A DNA stretch of 64,000 bases, taken from NCBI GenBank assembly GCA_965228475.1, contig OZ245817.1, forward strand, positions 416,001 to 480,000, read 5' to 3'. Position numbers and translations under genes: made by a program. Below the pieces are notes generated by a model, which had not been told where the DNA came from, did not search any database, and saw only the letters and a list, made by a program, of their open reading frames with translations. Shown here in pieces: positions 37,365-47,304 of this stretch (positions are counted from its first letter, which is position 1; every line of letters starts with the position of its first letter). Source of the DNA: Myxococcota bacterium. GTDB taxonomy: Bacteria > Myxococcota_A > UBA9160 > JAFDDA01.

Positions 37365-39310
37365 GGCGGCTTTCCCCGTACCTGCTGGTCGCGGTCCTCG
37401 CTGCAGCCTCGCCGGGGGTTTCGGCACAGCCCGAGTGGTTGGCGATCGAGCAACGTCCGGGAGCGGAGAGCGCGCTGCTCGACCGGGGCCGTTCGCTATC
37501 GAGCGAGAGACGCGACCACCTCCAGGCCGAGGAGTACCCCTCGGTCGAACTGCTCCGTCGCACCGAAGTCGAGCTCCGTTCGGATGGGACGATCGTCGAT
37601 CGGGAGGTCCTGGTCCGACACCTCTTGAACGATGCGGGCGTTCGGGAGCACGGCAATCTCGTCCGATACGTCCGCTCCGAGGTCGAACGGATCATCGTCG
37701 AGGAAGCCTGGGTCCTGCTGGCCAGGGGGGATGTCATCGATCTCGACCCCGCCTCCATCCAGGTCCTGAGCGACGACGTCGAGGATCTCTTCAGCGATGT
37801 CCAGAAACTGGTCTTCGCGTTCGGGAACCTGGAACCGGGGGCCACGATCGTTCTCGTGACCCGGACGGAGGCGCGGCTGCAGGACTGGCCGCTGTCCTGG
37901 ACGCGGATCTACTACCCCCAGCTGCTCGTTCCCACGGAACGCTTCGAAGTCGAAGTGAGCTGGCAGCCCGGGCAACGGGCGCCACGCTGGACGACCGACG
38001 ACCCACGGCTCGCCTGCAGCGAACTCGGGGGCAAGTTGAAGTGCTCGCGCGACCTGGTGGCTCCGGCGCCGTTCGATCAGCACGTCGCTTGGGGCGATCG
38101 CCTGCCGCACCTCGTGGTCGGCGAAGCGCACGAGTGGAAGGACCTGGTGGATCGCGAACGCGAGCTGGTGATGGAGTCCGCTCGTCCGAACGAGGAGATC
38201 GAATCCTTGGCCGCCTCGCTGGGGCTCCAGGACGGCTCGAAGCGAGAGCGCATGGAGAAGGCGCACCGTTTCGTGGCAGACCGGATTCGCTACGTCGGGT
38301 TCGAGCACGGTCAGCGGGCCGTGGTCCCCAGGGCAGCCTCCGAAACGCTCCGTCTGCGGTACGGGGACTGCAAGGACAAGGTGGCCCTGTTCATCGCGCT
38401 CGCGCGCAGTGCGGGGCTCGACGCCTATCCGGCCCTGGTCGGAACGGGGCGGTACGACCGCGACAAGCTCCTGCAGCCGAGTTGGCGCTACTTCGACCAC
38501 ATGATCGCATGCATCGGGAAAGGGAAGCCCGTGTGCGTGGACCTCACGGACCCCTATTCGCGAACCGGGCGCCTTCCGCTGGGCGTGGACGGCACGGTCG
38601 CGCTCAGCCTGCGCGAAGGCGTCGATGGGCCCCAGGTGCTGCCGGAGCGAGCCTTCGGATGGGACATTCGGATCGAAGGCCTCCATGAGATGGACTGCGA
38701 GGGGAAGCTCGAGGAGGAGGTGGTCCGTCGCTTTCGAGGGCTGGGTGCGGCGAGGCTCCGCGGCCATCTGCACGGGAAGAGTGCGGCAGACCGCAAGCGC
38801 TGGATCCTGGACGACTTCCGCGAGGTCACTGGAGCCGAGGCCGAGGCCGACGTCGGATTCTTCGGCCTCTCCGTCGACGAGGATGCGCTGGGCCTGTCGA
38901 CCAAGGTGACCCATCCCGCATCGGCTCCAGTGGACAGCTACTCCTCCTGGTACCAGGCGTCCCATTGGCTGAACCACTACGGTGGAAGCTTCCGGACCGA
39001 GAACGCACATCATCCCTATCGCTCGAACGGTCTACGCGTTCTCGTTCGCAGTACCTTTCGGGTCTGCAGCCGGATGAGGACCCGATTCATGGGAGCCGAG
39101 CTCGACTTCCGTTCCCGGTTCGGCACGCTCCGTCGCAAGTACGACAGGAACGGCGAACAGGAGGTCGTCGTCCGGACGGAACTCGACCTGCCTGCACGGG
39201 AGATCCCCGTCGCGGAGATCGACGACTTCAACGGCTTCCTCGAAGCGTCTCTCGGCGAAACGAACGTCTGGTTCAGCATCGAGCCTGCCTCGGGGAGCCA
39301 GTCGCCATGA
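37361..39310 (+). CDS. Exported DUF3857 + transglutaminase-like domain protein
   Basis: Signal peptide. IRYVGFEHG, and a candidate triad GDCKDK / FDHMI / VDLT. Confidence 0.85.
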   Translation: MRRLSPYLLVAVLAAASPGVSAQPEWLAIEQRPGAESALLDRGRSLSSERRDHLQAEEYPSVELLRRTEVELRSDGTIVDREVLVRHLLNDAGVREHGNLVRYVRSEVERIIVEEAWVLLARGDVIDLDPASIQVLSDDVEDLFSDVQKLVFAFGNLEPGATIVLVTRTEARLQDWPLSWTRIYYPQLLVPTERFEVEVSWQPGQRAPRWTTDDPRLACSELGGKLKCSRDLVAPAPFDQHVAWGDRLPHLVVGEAHEWKDLVDRERELVMESARPNEEIESLAASLGLQDGSKRERMEKAHRFVADRIRYVGFEHGQRAVVPRAASETLRLRYGDCKDKVALFIALARSAGLDAYPALVGTGRYDRDKLLQPSWRYFDHMIACIGKGKPVCVDLTDPYSRTGRLPLGVDGTVALSLREGVDGPQVLPERAFGWDIRIEGLHEMDCEGKLEEEVVRRFRGLGAARLRGHLHGKSAADRKRWILDDFREVTGAEAEADVGFFGLSVDEDALGLSTKVTHPASAPVDSYSSWYQASHWLNHYGGSFRTENAHHPYRSNGLRVLVRSTFRVCSRMRTRFMGAELDFRSRFGTLRRKYDRNGEQEVVVRTELDLPAREIPVAEIDDFNGFLEASLGETNVWFSIEPASGSQSP

Positions 39311-39924
39311 GCGTTGCACGCGAACCGGTCGATTGGCTGCTCCGCCCCGAGAGGTTCTTCCCGGAGGGTGCGCTCAGGGTTGCGACACCCGTCATCGTCG
39401 CTCTCGTCCTGCTCGTCGGAGCGGCGAGCGTGATCGATCGTATGGATTCGGCATCGCTGCGGAACCTCATCCAGCCTGACCGATTCAACCCTGTGGAGGA
39501 TTGGCAGACGTATTGGCTCGCCGTCGTCGGGGGGGCAATCCTCGCAGGGCCGCTGCTCTATTACGTCGGTGGCGCTTGGTATTGGCTTCGCCTCCGATGG
39601 TCTGGGGCCAAGGCTCCGGACATGCTCCTTTCTCGTCGTATCAATCTCCTCACGAGTGCGATTCCCGCGGTGGCGATCCTGGTCGATTCGCTCCACCTGT
39701 TGGCAAGGTTCGACGATCCGTCGAGTGCATCGGTGAGTGGAGGCACGGCGGCCTCCGTCTTCATCGCGCCGTTCTACTCGGTCTTCGTGAGCTACCGGGC
39801 AGCGCGCTCGAGTTTCGACGTTCGCCGGGGGAGGGCGCTGTTCTGGTTCGCCATCCTGCCCACGACGCTGTTCGCCACGGTGATCGTGGTGGGATTCCTG
39901 CTGGCTTTCGGTTCACTCCCCTGA
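39307..39924 (+). CDS. Yip1-like membrane protein
   Basis: ATGA overlap. N-terminal LLRPERFF and about 5 TM helices. Confidence 0.6.
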   Translation: MSVAREPVDWLLRPERFFPEGALRVATPVIVALVLLVGAASVIDRMDSASLRNLIQPDRFNPVEDWQTYWLAVVGGAILAGPLLYYVGGAWYWLRLRWSGAKAPDMLLSRRINLLTSAIPAVAILVDSLHLLARFDDPSSASVSGGTAASVFIAPFYSVFVSYRAARSSFDVRRGRALFWFAILPTTLFATVIVVGFLLAFGSLP

Positions 39925-40613
39925 GGATCGCAGGCCGCCCCGGGGTCGGCGCATTCTGTGCGCTGCTGCTGTCGGTCGTGGGGTCGACTCCGGCGGAGGG
40001 CGCCGGCTACCTCCGGCCAAACGTGCGGGATGCGGATGGCACGCCCGGCTTCGTGCACGTCGAGCGGGCGCAGATGCCGCTGCGGGTCGCCATCCGGCGG
40101 CCGACGGTCTCCGCACGGGACGGGGGCACGCGAGACACCCGGGATGCAGCGATCGCCGGCATGCGCCGATGGGAGGAGGCGCTGAAGCCACACCTGCCCT
40201 GGTTTGCCCTCGAGTTCGTCGAGAAGGACCCCGACCCGGACGTGAAGGTCGTCTGGCGGGAGCTCAAGAGCGCGGGTGGGCATGCGGCCGGTCGCGGTGG
40301 GTTCGATTGGTTCAAGACGGCCGACGGCGTGCGCGTGCGAGGTTCCATGCGCCTGGCCGTGCAGCCCCACTACCCGGCGAGCGTGACCGCTCTCCGGCTC
40401 GATGAAGTCGAGCGGCTCGCGGCGCACGAGTTCGGCCACGTGCTGGGCCTCGGGCACTGCCTCGATTGCGACTCCATCATGAACTACTCGTGGAACACGC
40501 TCGAACGGCTGCTTGTGACGAAGCTCGACGTGCTCACGTTCATCCAGCTCTACGGCAAGCCGAACGGCACCCGCGTGGACGGCACGCCGTTGCGGGCCTC
40601 CGGGTCGCGCTGA
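39921..40613 (+). CDS. Matrixin-like (metzincin) zinc metalloprotease, exported
   Basis: HEFGHVLGLGH and Met-turn SIMNY. Start codon uncertain. Confidence 0.8.
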   Translation: MRIAGRPGVGAFCALLLSVVGSTPAEGAGYLRPNVRDADGTPGFVHVERAQMPLRVAIRRPTVSARDGGTRDTRDAAIAGMRRWEEALKPHLPWFALEFVEKDPDPDVKVVWRELKSAGGHAAGRGGFDWFKTADGVRVRGSMRLAVQPHYPASVTALRLDEVERLAAHEFGHVLGLGHCLDCDSIMNYSWNTLERLLVTKLDVLTFIQLYGKPNGTRVDGTPLRASGSR

Positions 40614-40622
40614 GCCAGCGAC

Positions 40623-41180
40623 CTATCGGCGACGAGACGGCCGTCGCAGCCGCGTCGCTCCCGCTGCCGCCAACAACAGCAGGTGCGTCGGGGCTTCTGG
40701 GACCGACAGAGGGACGCCATCGAGTACCAGTTCGGTCGTGCCGAGCGATTCTCCGACGGCATTCGCGAAGGAGATCGTGGACGTTCCGTCGAGATCGAGG
40801 GGCGGGTGTCCGAAGATCGGCCCAGGGCCCATCGAGCGGATCTCGATGGCCATGGTGCCTCCGGGCGAAGTGCAGATCCGACAGGCGACCTCGTGGGTCA
40901 GCTGCCAGGAGCCCGGGGTTGAAAGAATCTGGGCGCCGGCCAACTCGACGGCGATGAATCCGGCGATGCCGATATCGCCAAAGTCGACGACGAAACCCGT
41001 GGCCGAGGGGGTCGCGTCGTTCACGTTGATGACGGCCGTTCCGGTTCCACCCTCGAGAAACAGCGGGAAGCTGGATTCGACGATCTCGAAATCGATGAGG
41101 CGGTGGAATCGAAGCGCCTCCGCGGGGCGGGCGAGCCCGAGCGCCGCGAGAACCAGGCCGGCCGTCAGTGCGATCCTCAT
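40623..41180 (-). CDS. Secreted protein with PEP-CTERM-like tail
   Basis: Signal peptide. Tail SVPEAPTHLLLLAAAGATRLRRPSRRR. Confidence 0.65.
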   Translation of the reverse strand: MRIALTAGLVLAALGLARPAEALRFHRLIDFEIVESSFPLFLEGGTGTAVINVNDATPSATGFVVDFGDIGIAGFIAVELAGAQILSTPGSWQLTHEVACRICTSPGGTMAIEIRSMGPGPIFGHPPLDLDGTSTISFANAVGESLGTTELVLDGVPLSVPEAPTHLLLLAAAGATRLRRPSRRR

Positions 41181-41350
41181 GAAGTGCCTGTGGCGATCCG
41201 GGCCCCCTAGGTGTCAGGGCGATCTGATTCTTCTGGGCACGAGCCCGGAGCGCGGAAGCGCGCCTCTCTGCGCCGTCCGGGTGGTACGCGGTACGCTTGG
41301 GTTCCGCACCGGGGAGGGCCTGAGGCGGGGTCTCGGGAAGCGGGGAGTTC

Positions 41351-42595
41351 ATGGGCGAAGTGATCGATCTCGCGGAGAAGGCCTGGAGCGGGGCGCTGGC
41401 GGAGACGCAGGTGCACCCGGGCCGGGCGCTCGTGGCCTTCGAGCCGGTCGAGGACGGCATGGGCTTCATGTCGGCCTTCTCGAATGCGCTCGTGCTCGAT
41501 ACCGGCGAGGGGCTCGTCTTCATCGACACGAGCAGCCTCTTCCACGCCCAGGCGCTCTACGACGGCGTGCGGGCCTGGTCGCAGGCGCCGGTCCACACGG
41601 GCGTCTACACCCACGGCCACGTCGATCACGTCTTCGGGCTGCTGCGCTTCCAGGAGGAGGCGAAGGAGCAGGGCCGGCCGGCGCCGCGGATCGTCGCCCA
41701 CGACGCGTGCCCGGCCCGCTTCGACCGCTACAAGCTGACCCGCGGCTACAACGGCCACATCAACATGCGCCAGTTCGGTTTCGACAAGCCGCTCTTCCCG
41801 GGCGAGTTCACCTACCCGGACGAGACGCTCGCGAGCGAGCGCGTGCTCGAGATCGGCGGCGAGCGCATCGATCTGCGGCACGATCGCGGCGAGACCGACG
41901 ACCACGTCTGGGCCTGGCTCCCCGAACGCAAGGCGATCTACACGGGGGACCTTTTCATCTGGGCGTCGCCGAACTGCGGAAATCCGCAGAAGGCCCAGCG
42001 CTACCCGCGCGAGTGGGCGGAGGCGCTCCGAAAGATGGCGGCGCTCGGCGCGGAGACGCTCTTCCCCGGCCACGGTCCGCCGATCCTCGGCGCCGAACGC
42101 GTCCGCCAGGCGCTTGGCGAATCGGCGGAGCTGCTCGAGACGCTCTGCAGCCAGACGATCGCCCTGATGAACGACGGCGCGACGCTCGACGACGTGCTCC
42201 ACGGCGTCGAGATTCCCCACGCGCTGCTCGAGCGGCCGTACCTGCGCCCGGTCTACGACCACCCGCTCTTCATCGTGCGAAACCTCTGGCGCCTCTACGG
42301 CGGGTGGTACGACGGGAACCCGGCGCACCTCGTGCCGCCGCAGACGGCGAAGCTCGGCCGCGCGGTCTCGCAGCTCGCGGGCGGTGCGGCGGAACTCGCT
42401 GCTGCCGCCGAGGGCGCCGCCGCGGAGGGGGAGCTCGCGGTGGCGTGCGAGCTGGTGGAGCTGGCCTACGCCGCAGCGCCGGAGGACGCCCGCGTGCGCG
42501 CGGCCCGGGCGGCGATCTACCGCGAGCGGCGCAAGTCCGCGACGAGCCTCATGGCCAAGGGCATATACGGGGCGGCGGAACGCGAATCGAGCTAG
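41351..42595 (+). CDS. MBL-fold alkyl/aryl-sulfatase-like hydrolase
   Basis: Motifs YTHGHVDH, GETDDH, PNCGNPQK, PGHG and RLYGGWYDGNPAHL. Confidence 0.85.
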   Translation: MGEVIDLAEKAWSGALAETQVHPGRALVAFEPVEDGMGFMSAFSNALVLDTGEGLVFIDTSSLFHAQALYDGVRAWSQAPVHTGVYTHGHVDHVFGLLRFQEEAKEQGRPAPRIVAHDACPARFDRYKLTRGYNGHINMRQFGFDKPLFPGEFTYPDETLASERVLEIGGERIDLRHDRGETDDHVWAWLPERKAIYTGDLFIWASPNCGNPQKAQRYPREWAEALRKMAALGAETLFPGHGPPILGAERVRQALGESAELLETLCSQTIALMNDGATLDDVLHGVEIPHALLERPYLRPVYDHPLFIVRNLWRLYGGWYDGNPAHLVPPQTAKLGRAVSQLAGGAAELAAAAEGAAAEGELAVACELVELAYAAAPEDARVRAARAAIYRERRKSATSLMAKGIYGAAERESS

Positions 42596-42605
42596 CGGCT
42601 GCGCC

Positions 42606-43784
42606 CTACGGCGTCGCGAGGAAGCCGTCGCAGGCGAGGGTGGAGAGCGCGCCGATCAGATCCGAGGCACCGAGCACCAGGACGAGGCCGTCGAACACGT
42701 CGAACTCCGCGGGTCCGGCGGCGACGATCGCGTTGACGTCGGCCTGGATGCCGAGAACCTCGTCCTGCACGCCCGAGGAGAAGAGCGCGAGGTCTCCGGC
42801 GATGGCGCGGTCGATGACGCTGCCGATCGCGACGGCGTCTTCGTAGGTGGCCTGCGAGGGCGGCTCGAGCGCGGGCACGGTCTCGACGTTCGCGAGCTCG
42901 ATGGCGAGGAGCACCGCGGTCCGGGTCTGTTCGCCGAGCTTCCCGCGGTCGATGACGCTGAAGTCGTCGCCCGTCGTGTGGTAGCAGGGTCCGTCCGCGT
43001 CCGAGAAGAAGACGGCGGGGATGCCGGCGTCGAGGAAGGGCACGTGGTCGCTCCGGTCCTGGCCGAAGACGCGGGTCACGATCTGCAGGTCGAGGCTGCT
43101 CCCGGCGCTCGCGCTGCGCACGAGATCCTTCATCGCCTCGCCGCCGGATTCGGCCGCGACCGCGAAGGTGACCTCCCGCAGCGAGGGCAGCAGGTTCGCG
43201 CCCTGGATGTCGAAGTTGACGTAGGCGACGGTCTGCTCGAGCGGCACGAGCGGGGAGTCCACGTAGGCGCGGGAGCCGACGAGGCCGTCCTCCTCCGCAT
43301 CCCACAGGGCCAGCACGACGGAGCGCCGCGGCGGCGTCGGCAGCGCAGCGACGGCCGTGCCGATGGCGAGCACGATCGAGACGCCCGTCGCGTTGTCCGT
43401 CGCCCCGTTGAAGACGGAAGAGCCCAGGGTGCCGATGTGGTCGTAGTGGGCGCCGACGATCACGTACTCGTCCGCGAGGTCCGAGCCCGGGATCACGGCG
43501 AGGAGGTTCGTGCCCGTCTCGCTGGTCGAGAAGGGCTGCCGGTAGGCGTCGCGGCCCGTGGCCGCGGTGTTGAGTCCGCTGCCGAGGGCGGAGAGTTCGT
43601 CGATCAGGAACTCCTGGGCCGCGAGCGATTCCGCGGATCCGTTCTCGCGGCCCTGCTGGGCGTCGGAGGAGAGCAGGGCGACGAGGTCGAGCTGGGGCGT
43701 GACGCAGCGGGAACCGGCGGCAGCCGAAGCGATCAGGGCGAGGGCGATCAGGGCCGCGCGTGCCGTCGGTCTAGCCAGGATCAT
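42606..43784 (-). CDS. M28 family metallopeptidase, exported
   Basis: Motifs GAHYDH, NGATDNATG, DAEEDGLVGS, RSDHVPF and YHTTGD. Confidence 0.9.
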   Translation of the reverse strand: MILARPTARAALIALALIASAAAGSRCVTPQLDLVALLSSDAQQGRENGSAESLAAQEFLIDELSALGSGLNTAATGRDAYRQPFSTSETGTNLLAVIPGSDLADEYVIVGAHYDHIGTLGSSVFNGATDNATGVSIVLAIGTAVAALPTPPRRSVVLALWDAEEDGLVGSRAYVDSPLVPLEQTVAYVNFDIQGANLLPSLREVTFAVAAESGGEAMKDLVRSASAGSSLDLQIVTRVFGQDRSDHVPFLDAGIPAVFFSDADGPCYHTTGDDFSVIDRGKLGEQTRTAVLLAIELANVETVPALEPPSQATYEDAVAIGSVIDRAIAGDLALFSSGVQDEVLGIQADVNAIVAAGPAEFDVFDGLVLVLGASDLIGALSTLACDGFLATP

Positions 43785-43800
43785 CGAAGGCTCCTTCCCG

Positions 43801-46770
43801 TCAGCGCGAGATGCGCCGCCGTCGCGCCGCCGCGAGCAGCCCCAGCAGGGCGAGCTCCGGTCCGAGGCCGCAGTCGCGCTGGCCCCAGCGGATGACGCTC
43901 TCGGCGCCTTCTTCGCAGGTCGGATCGTCGGCGTCGATCAGGCCGTCGAGGTCGTCGTCGACCCCATCCTGACACGACCAGCCGCCGTGGATCACGACCT
44001 CGTCCGCCCGGCTCTCGGCGCCGTTCGCATCGGTGACGGTGAGGGCCAGGCGGTAGACGCCGGCGTGGGTGAGGGTGAGTTCCGGGTTCCAGGCGCCGGG
44101 CTCGGCGAGGCGCCAGACGTGCTGGGTCGGGGCCGAGAGGATCCTCCAGTGCGGCGTGAGCGCGTCGCCGTCGGCGTCGCAGCTCGCGCCGCCGTCGAGA
44201 CGGAAGGTGAATCCGATCGGGAGGCGGAGGTCCGGTCCGGCGTCCGCGGCGGGGGCGGAGTTGCCGGCGCCCGGATGGAGAGCGAAGCGCCGCTCGCGGT
44301 TCAGTTCGACGCGGACGCTCCCGTCCGGCTGCGCCGCGAAGGCGCAGGCCCCGTCCGCTCGCAGCGGAACGAAGGGAAGGCCGCGCAGGGTGACCGCGTC
44401 GTCGGCGGTCTCGGCGAGGCCCGCGATGCGGTCCGCAGCCTCCGAGACGGCCAGCGTTCCAGCCGTTTCACTCGCGATGCGGACGACGCCGTCGTACTCG
44501 AGCGCGGTGGCCTCTTCGGCATAGGCGAGGCGAAGGCTCCCGTCTGCACGCGCGTCGAAGAGCGCGAGCGTTCCATCCGACGCCGTCTCGGCGAGTCCGG
44601 TCGCGGCGGGGTCGAGCCGCAGGGTGTCGCCGCTCGCCGCCCGGTGCCATGCGGCGATGCGCCGGTCGCCGTCCGCGTCCTCGAGCCGGAGTCCCGCTGC
44701 GCCCGGCACGGCGAGCTCGGCGAGCGTCGGTGCTGCATCCGCCGTGGGGCTCGGGTAGTTGAGCATCAAGCTCGTGAGCGCTTCGCCGTTGGCCGTGGCC
44801 TGCAGCGTCACGTGGCTCTCGTCGATGTCCTTCGTCACGGGCGATTCGTGGACGTTCAACTCGGTCGCGAAGCTGAAGCTGCCTCCCGCGAGGGCGAGGC
44901 CGGCATCGAGCCGCGCGTTCGTGCGCTCCCAGCGCCCGCCTGCGGCCGTGCTCGCGAAGGTTCCGTCGGGCCCGCCGTCGATGCCGATGCCGCCGCCGTG
45001 GCCGTGGAGCAGCCAGGTGAAGTCGTGCGGTGCGCCGTCCCGGCTCGTCACGCGGTCCGCGACGAGCAGGTAGCGGTCGTCGCCGAAGAGGAAGCGGCGT
45101 TCGAAGAGCGGCGCTTCCCCGAGCGGCCGCGCGAGGCCGAAGCCATAGCTCGAGGTCACGCGCGCAGCGTCGAGGAAGTCCGTGTCGAACGTGTCGCTCA
45201 TGCGCGCGTGGCCGTCGACGGGCGGGCGGCCGTAGGGTTCGCTCCAGTCGAAGGTCGCCTGCAGGTAGCCGACGGGGCCCGCTCCATCCACGAGGATCAG
45301 GTTGTGGTGCTCCGGCCGGGAGACCTTGTCGCGCGTGCCGAACGTGAAGTACCCGGGGTCGAGGGCCAGGGCTTCGCCGAAGGCGTTCAAGAGGAAGGAT
45401 CCGGGCTCCGGGTGCTCGTGGCCCTGGGGCGCGAGGCCGCGGCCGTCGCGATCGCGTCCGAACAGGGAAGACGTGTCGTACTCCGCGAGCGCCACGGCCA
45501 TCACCGCTTCCTCGGACCAGTCGCTGCGGAAGATGGCGTTGCCGGCCTCCGGGTAGAAGGCGGTCGGCGAGCCGTCGGGCGGCGCCGGTGCGATCGCCGG
45601 GTCGTAGAGCACGAGCACGTCCGGGCCGAGGTTCACGTTGCCGTCGACGTCGAAGGACGACGGTGCGTTCGCCCAGCGCCAGTAGTAGGCCGGCGCATCC
45701 GGGAAGGACGTCGGCACCATCGCGAAGTAGTGCGAGCGGCCCGGGTTCCCGTCGTCGATGTGCACGAGGGCGCCGTCGGGCAGGGTCATGTCGAGCATCC
45801 AGCGCTGCATGCGCTCGTGGAGCGGGTGACGCCAGAGGTTCGGCACGACGAAGGGGCCGGCGGTGTAGTCGCTCCCACCGAGCAGCCGATCCCACACGCG
45901 CAGGAAGGGCACGAGGTTCTGCATCGTGAAGCGGAAGTAGAACGGGCCCTCGGCGTAGCCGCCGTCGCCGGAGTTCAGCGCCACGCGCAGGATCATGTCC
46001 GCCTGATCGACGCCGTAGTCGATCCAGTTCGCCGGGTCGCGCAGGCCCGCCGGGTCGCTCCCCGCCGGCGCTTCGTACTCCGCCAGGGCGATCCCCGCGA
46101 GCGCCAGGGAGGCGCCCGACTTCGAGCGGTGGTTGTTCTGGTGGAGCAGCGCGAAGTTGGTGGCGGTGAGCGGCTGCGTGTAGTTCAGGTAGAGCTCGGA
46201 GGCGATGTCCGCGATGCCCTCGACGATGGCCGCTTCGTCGCCGCCGAAGTCGTAGCCCGCGGCCTTCAAGGCGTCGTAGGCGCTCGCCCAGTTCAGGAGC
46301 TCTTCGGAGGTCGAGATGTCGCGGTCCCAGCCGCCGCCGAGCTGCGGAGAGACGGCGAGGCGCGAGCGGGGGAAGAGGTGGAGGAGGAGCTCCTTCGCGC
46401 GGTCGCCCACCGCCTGGCGTTCGGCGGCGTCCGCGAAGGGCGAGACCACGCCCGCTTCGTACTGCCGCTCGACCAGGTAGAAGAAAGCGAGGTTGCGCGC
46501 CGCGCGGCCAATGATGCGGTGCGTGTTGACGCTCGTGTCCTCGAGGTCCGCCCCGGCCGCGAGCTCGACGTGCTGCACCATGCGGTCGAGTACCGCCTCG
46601 GTCCACGCCGGCAGCGGCGTCGCGTCGAGCTTCGCCTGGACCTCGGGGATTTCCGCGGCGCTCATGAGCAGGCGCGGCCGCGTGAGATCGACGCCCGGCG
46701 GCGCCCAGACGGCCTGGGCGGCGGAAGGCAGCAGGAGCAGGGTCAGGAGGAGGAGCGTCTTCCGCGGCAT
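43801..46770 (-). CDS. Secreted heparinase II/III-like protein with PKD domain, Asp/Cys repeat and CGLGPEL C-terminal tail
   Basis: Signal peptide MPRKTLLLLTLLLLPSAAQA. Motifs NNH, DGGYAEGPFY, GHEH, LALDPGY and HNLILVDG. PKD motif APAADAGPD, then CQDGVDDDLDGLIDADDPTC. Confidence 0.75.
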   Translation of the reverse strand: MPRKTLLLLTLLLLPSAAQAVWAPPGVDLTRPRLLMSAAEIPEVQAKLDATPLPAWTEAVLDRMVQHVELAAGADLEDTSVNTHRIIGRAARNLAFFYLVERQYEAGVVSPFADAAERQAVGDRAKELLLHLFPRSRLAVSPQLGGGWDRDISTSEELLNWASAYDALKAAGYDFGGDEAAIVEGIADIASELYLNYTQPLTATNFALLHQNNHRSKSGASLALAGIALAEYEAPAGSDPAGLRDPANWIDYGVDQADMILRVALNSGDGGYAEGPFYFRFTMQNLVPFLRVWDRLLGGSDYTAGPFVVPNLWRHPLHERMQRWMLDMTLPDGALVHIDDGNPGRSHYFAMVPTSFPDAPAYYWRWANAPSSFDVDGNVNLGPDVLVLYDPAIAPAPPDGSPTAFYPEAGNAIFRSDWSEEAVMAVALAEYDTSSLFGRDRDGRGLAPQGHEHPEPGSFLLNAFGEALALDPGYFTFGTRDKVSRPEHHNLILVDGAGPVGYLQATFDWSEPYGRPPVDGHARMSDTFDTDFLDAARVTSSYGFGLARPLGEAPLFERRFLFGDDRYLLVADRVTSRDGAPHDFTWLLHGHGGGIGIDGGPDGTFASTAAGGRWERTNARLDAGLALAGGSFSFATELNVHESPVTKDIDESHVTLQATANGEALTSLMLNYPSPTADAAPTLAELAVPGAAGLRLEDADGDRRIAAWHRAASGDTLRLDPAATGLAETASDGTLALFDARADGSLRLAYAEEATALEYDGVVRIASETAGTLAVSEAADRIAGLAETADDAVTLRGLPFVPLRADGACAFAAQPDGSVRVELNRERRFALHPGAGNSAPAADAGPDLRLPIGFTFRLDGGASCDADGDALTPHWRILSAPTQHVWRLAEPGAWNPELTLTHAGVYRLALTVTDANGAESRADEVVIHGGWSCQDGVDDDLDGLIDADDPTCEEGAESVIRWGQRDCGLGPELALLGLLAAARRRRISR

Positions 46771-46823
46771 CCGCGAGAGGGTACACGGGCGCGCGAGCCG
46801 GATCCAAGCCCGGCTCGGGCGGC

Positions 46824-47294
46824 TCAGCCCCGCGGGCGCAGGCGGAAGACCCGGATATCGCGATCCGTGCGGGAGCGATAGACGCGAAACTGCGGAACAA
46901 CTGCGTCGAGCCGCGGCCACAGGGCAGGCATCTCTTCCTCCGGGACGCGCTCCGCGCGGATCTCGATGCGCCGCTCTCCGACGTGGATGGTGGCCTCCGG
47001 GTTCGCCTCGAGGTTGAGCGCCCAGGCCGGGTGGCGTTCGCCGCCGAAGTTCGAGGCGACCACGATGTGATCGTCCCCATCTTCGAGGCAGGCGACCTGG
47101 GCCGGGCGGGATTTTCCGCTCTTGCGCCCCACCGTGATCAGCACGAGCTGCGGAATGGTCGGCACGCCGGTCGAGGTGACGCGACCGCCGGTGACCCGAT
47201 AGAGCCACGGGTCGATGCGCGAGGCCGTGTTGGGTGCGAGCCACGAGCCGAGCGGCGTACTCGAGAACCGGTTGACGGCGTCCTTGTATCCCAT
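46824..47294 (-). CDS. Deazaflavin (F420)-dependent nitroreductase family protein
   Basis: Motifs LITVGRKSG, VVASNFGGERHPAWALNLEANP and RDIRVFRL. Confidence 0.88.
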   Translation of the reverse strand: MGYKDAVNRFSSTPLGSWLAPNTASRIDPWLYRVTGGRVTSTGVPTIPQLVLITVGRKSGKSRPAQVACLEDGDDHIVVASNFGGERHPAWALNLEANPEATIHVGERRIEIRAERVPEEEMPALWPRLDAVVPQFRVYRSRTDRDIRVFRLRPRG

Positions 47295-47304
47295 GGGCGG
47301 GAGT

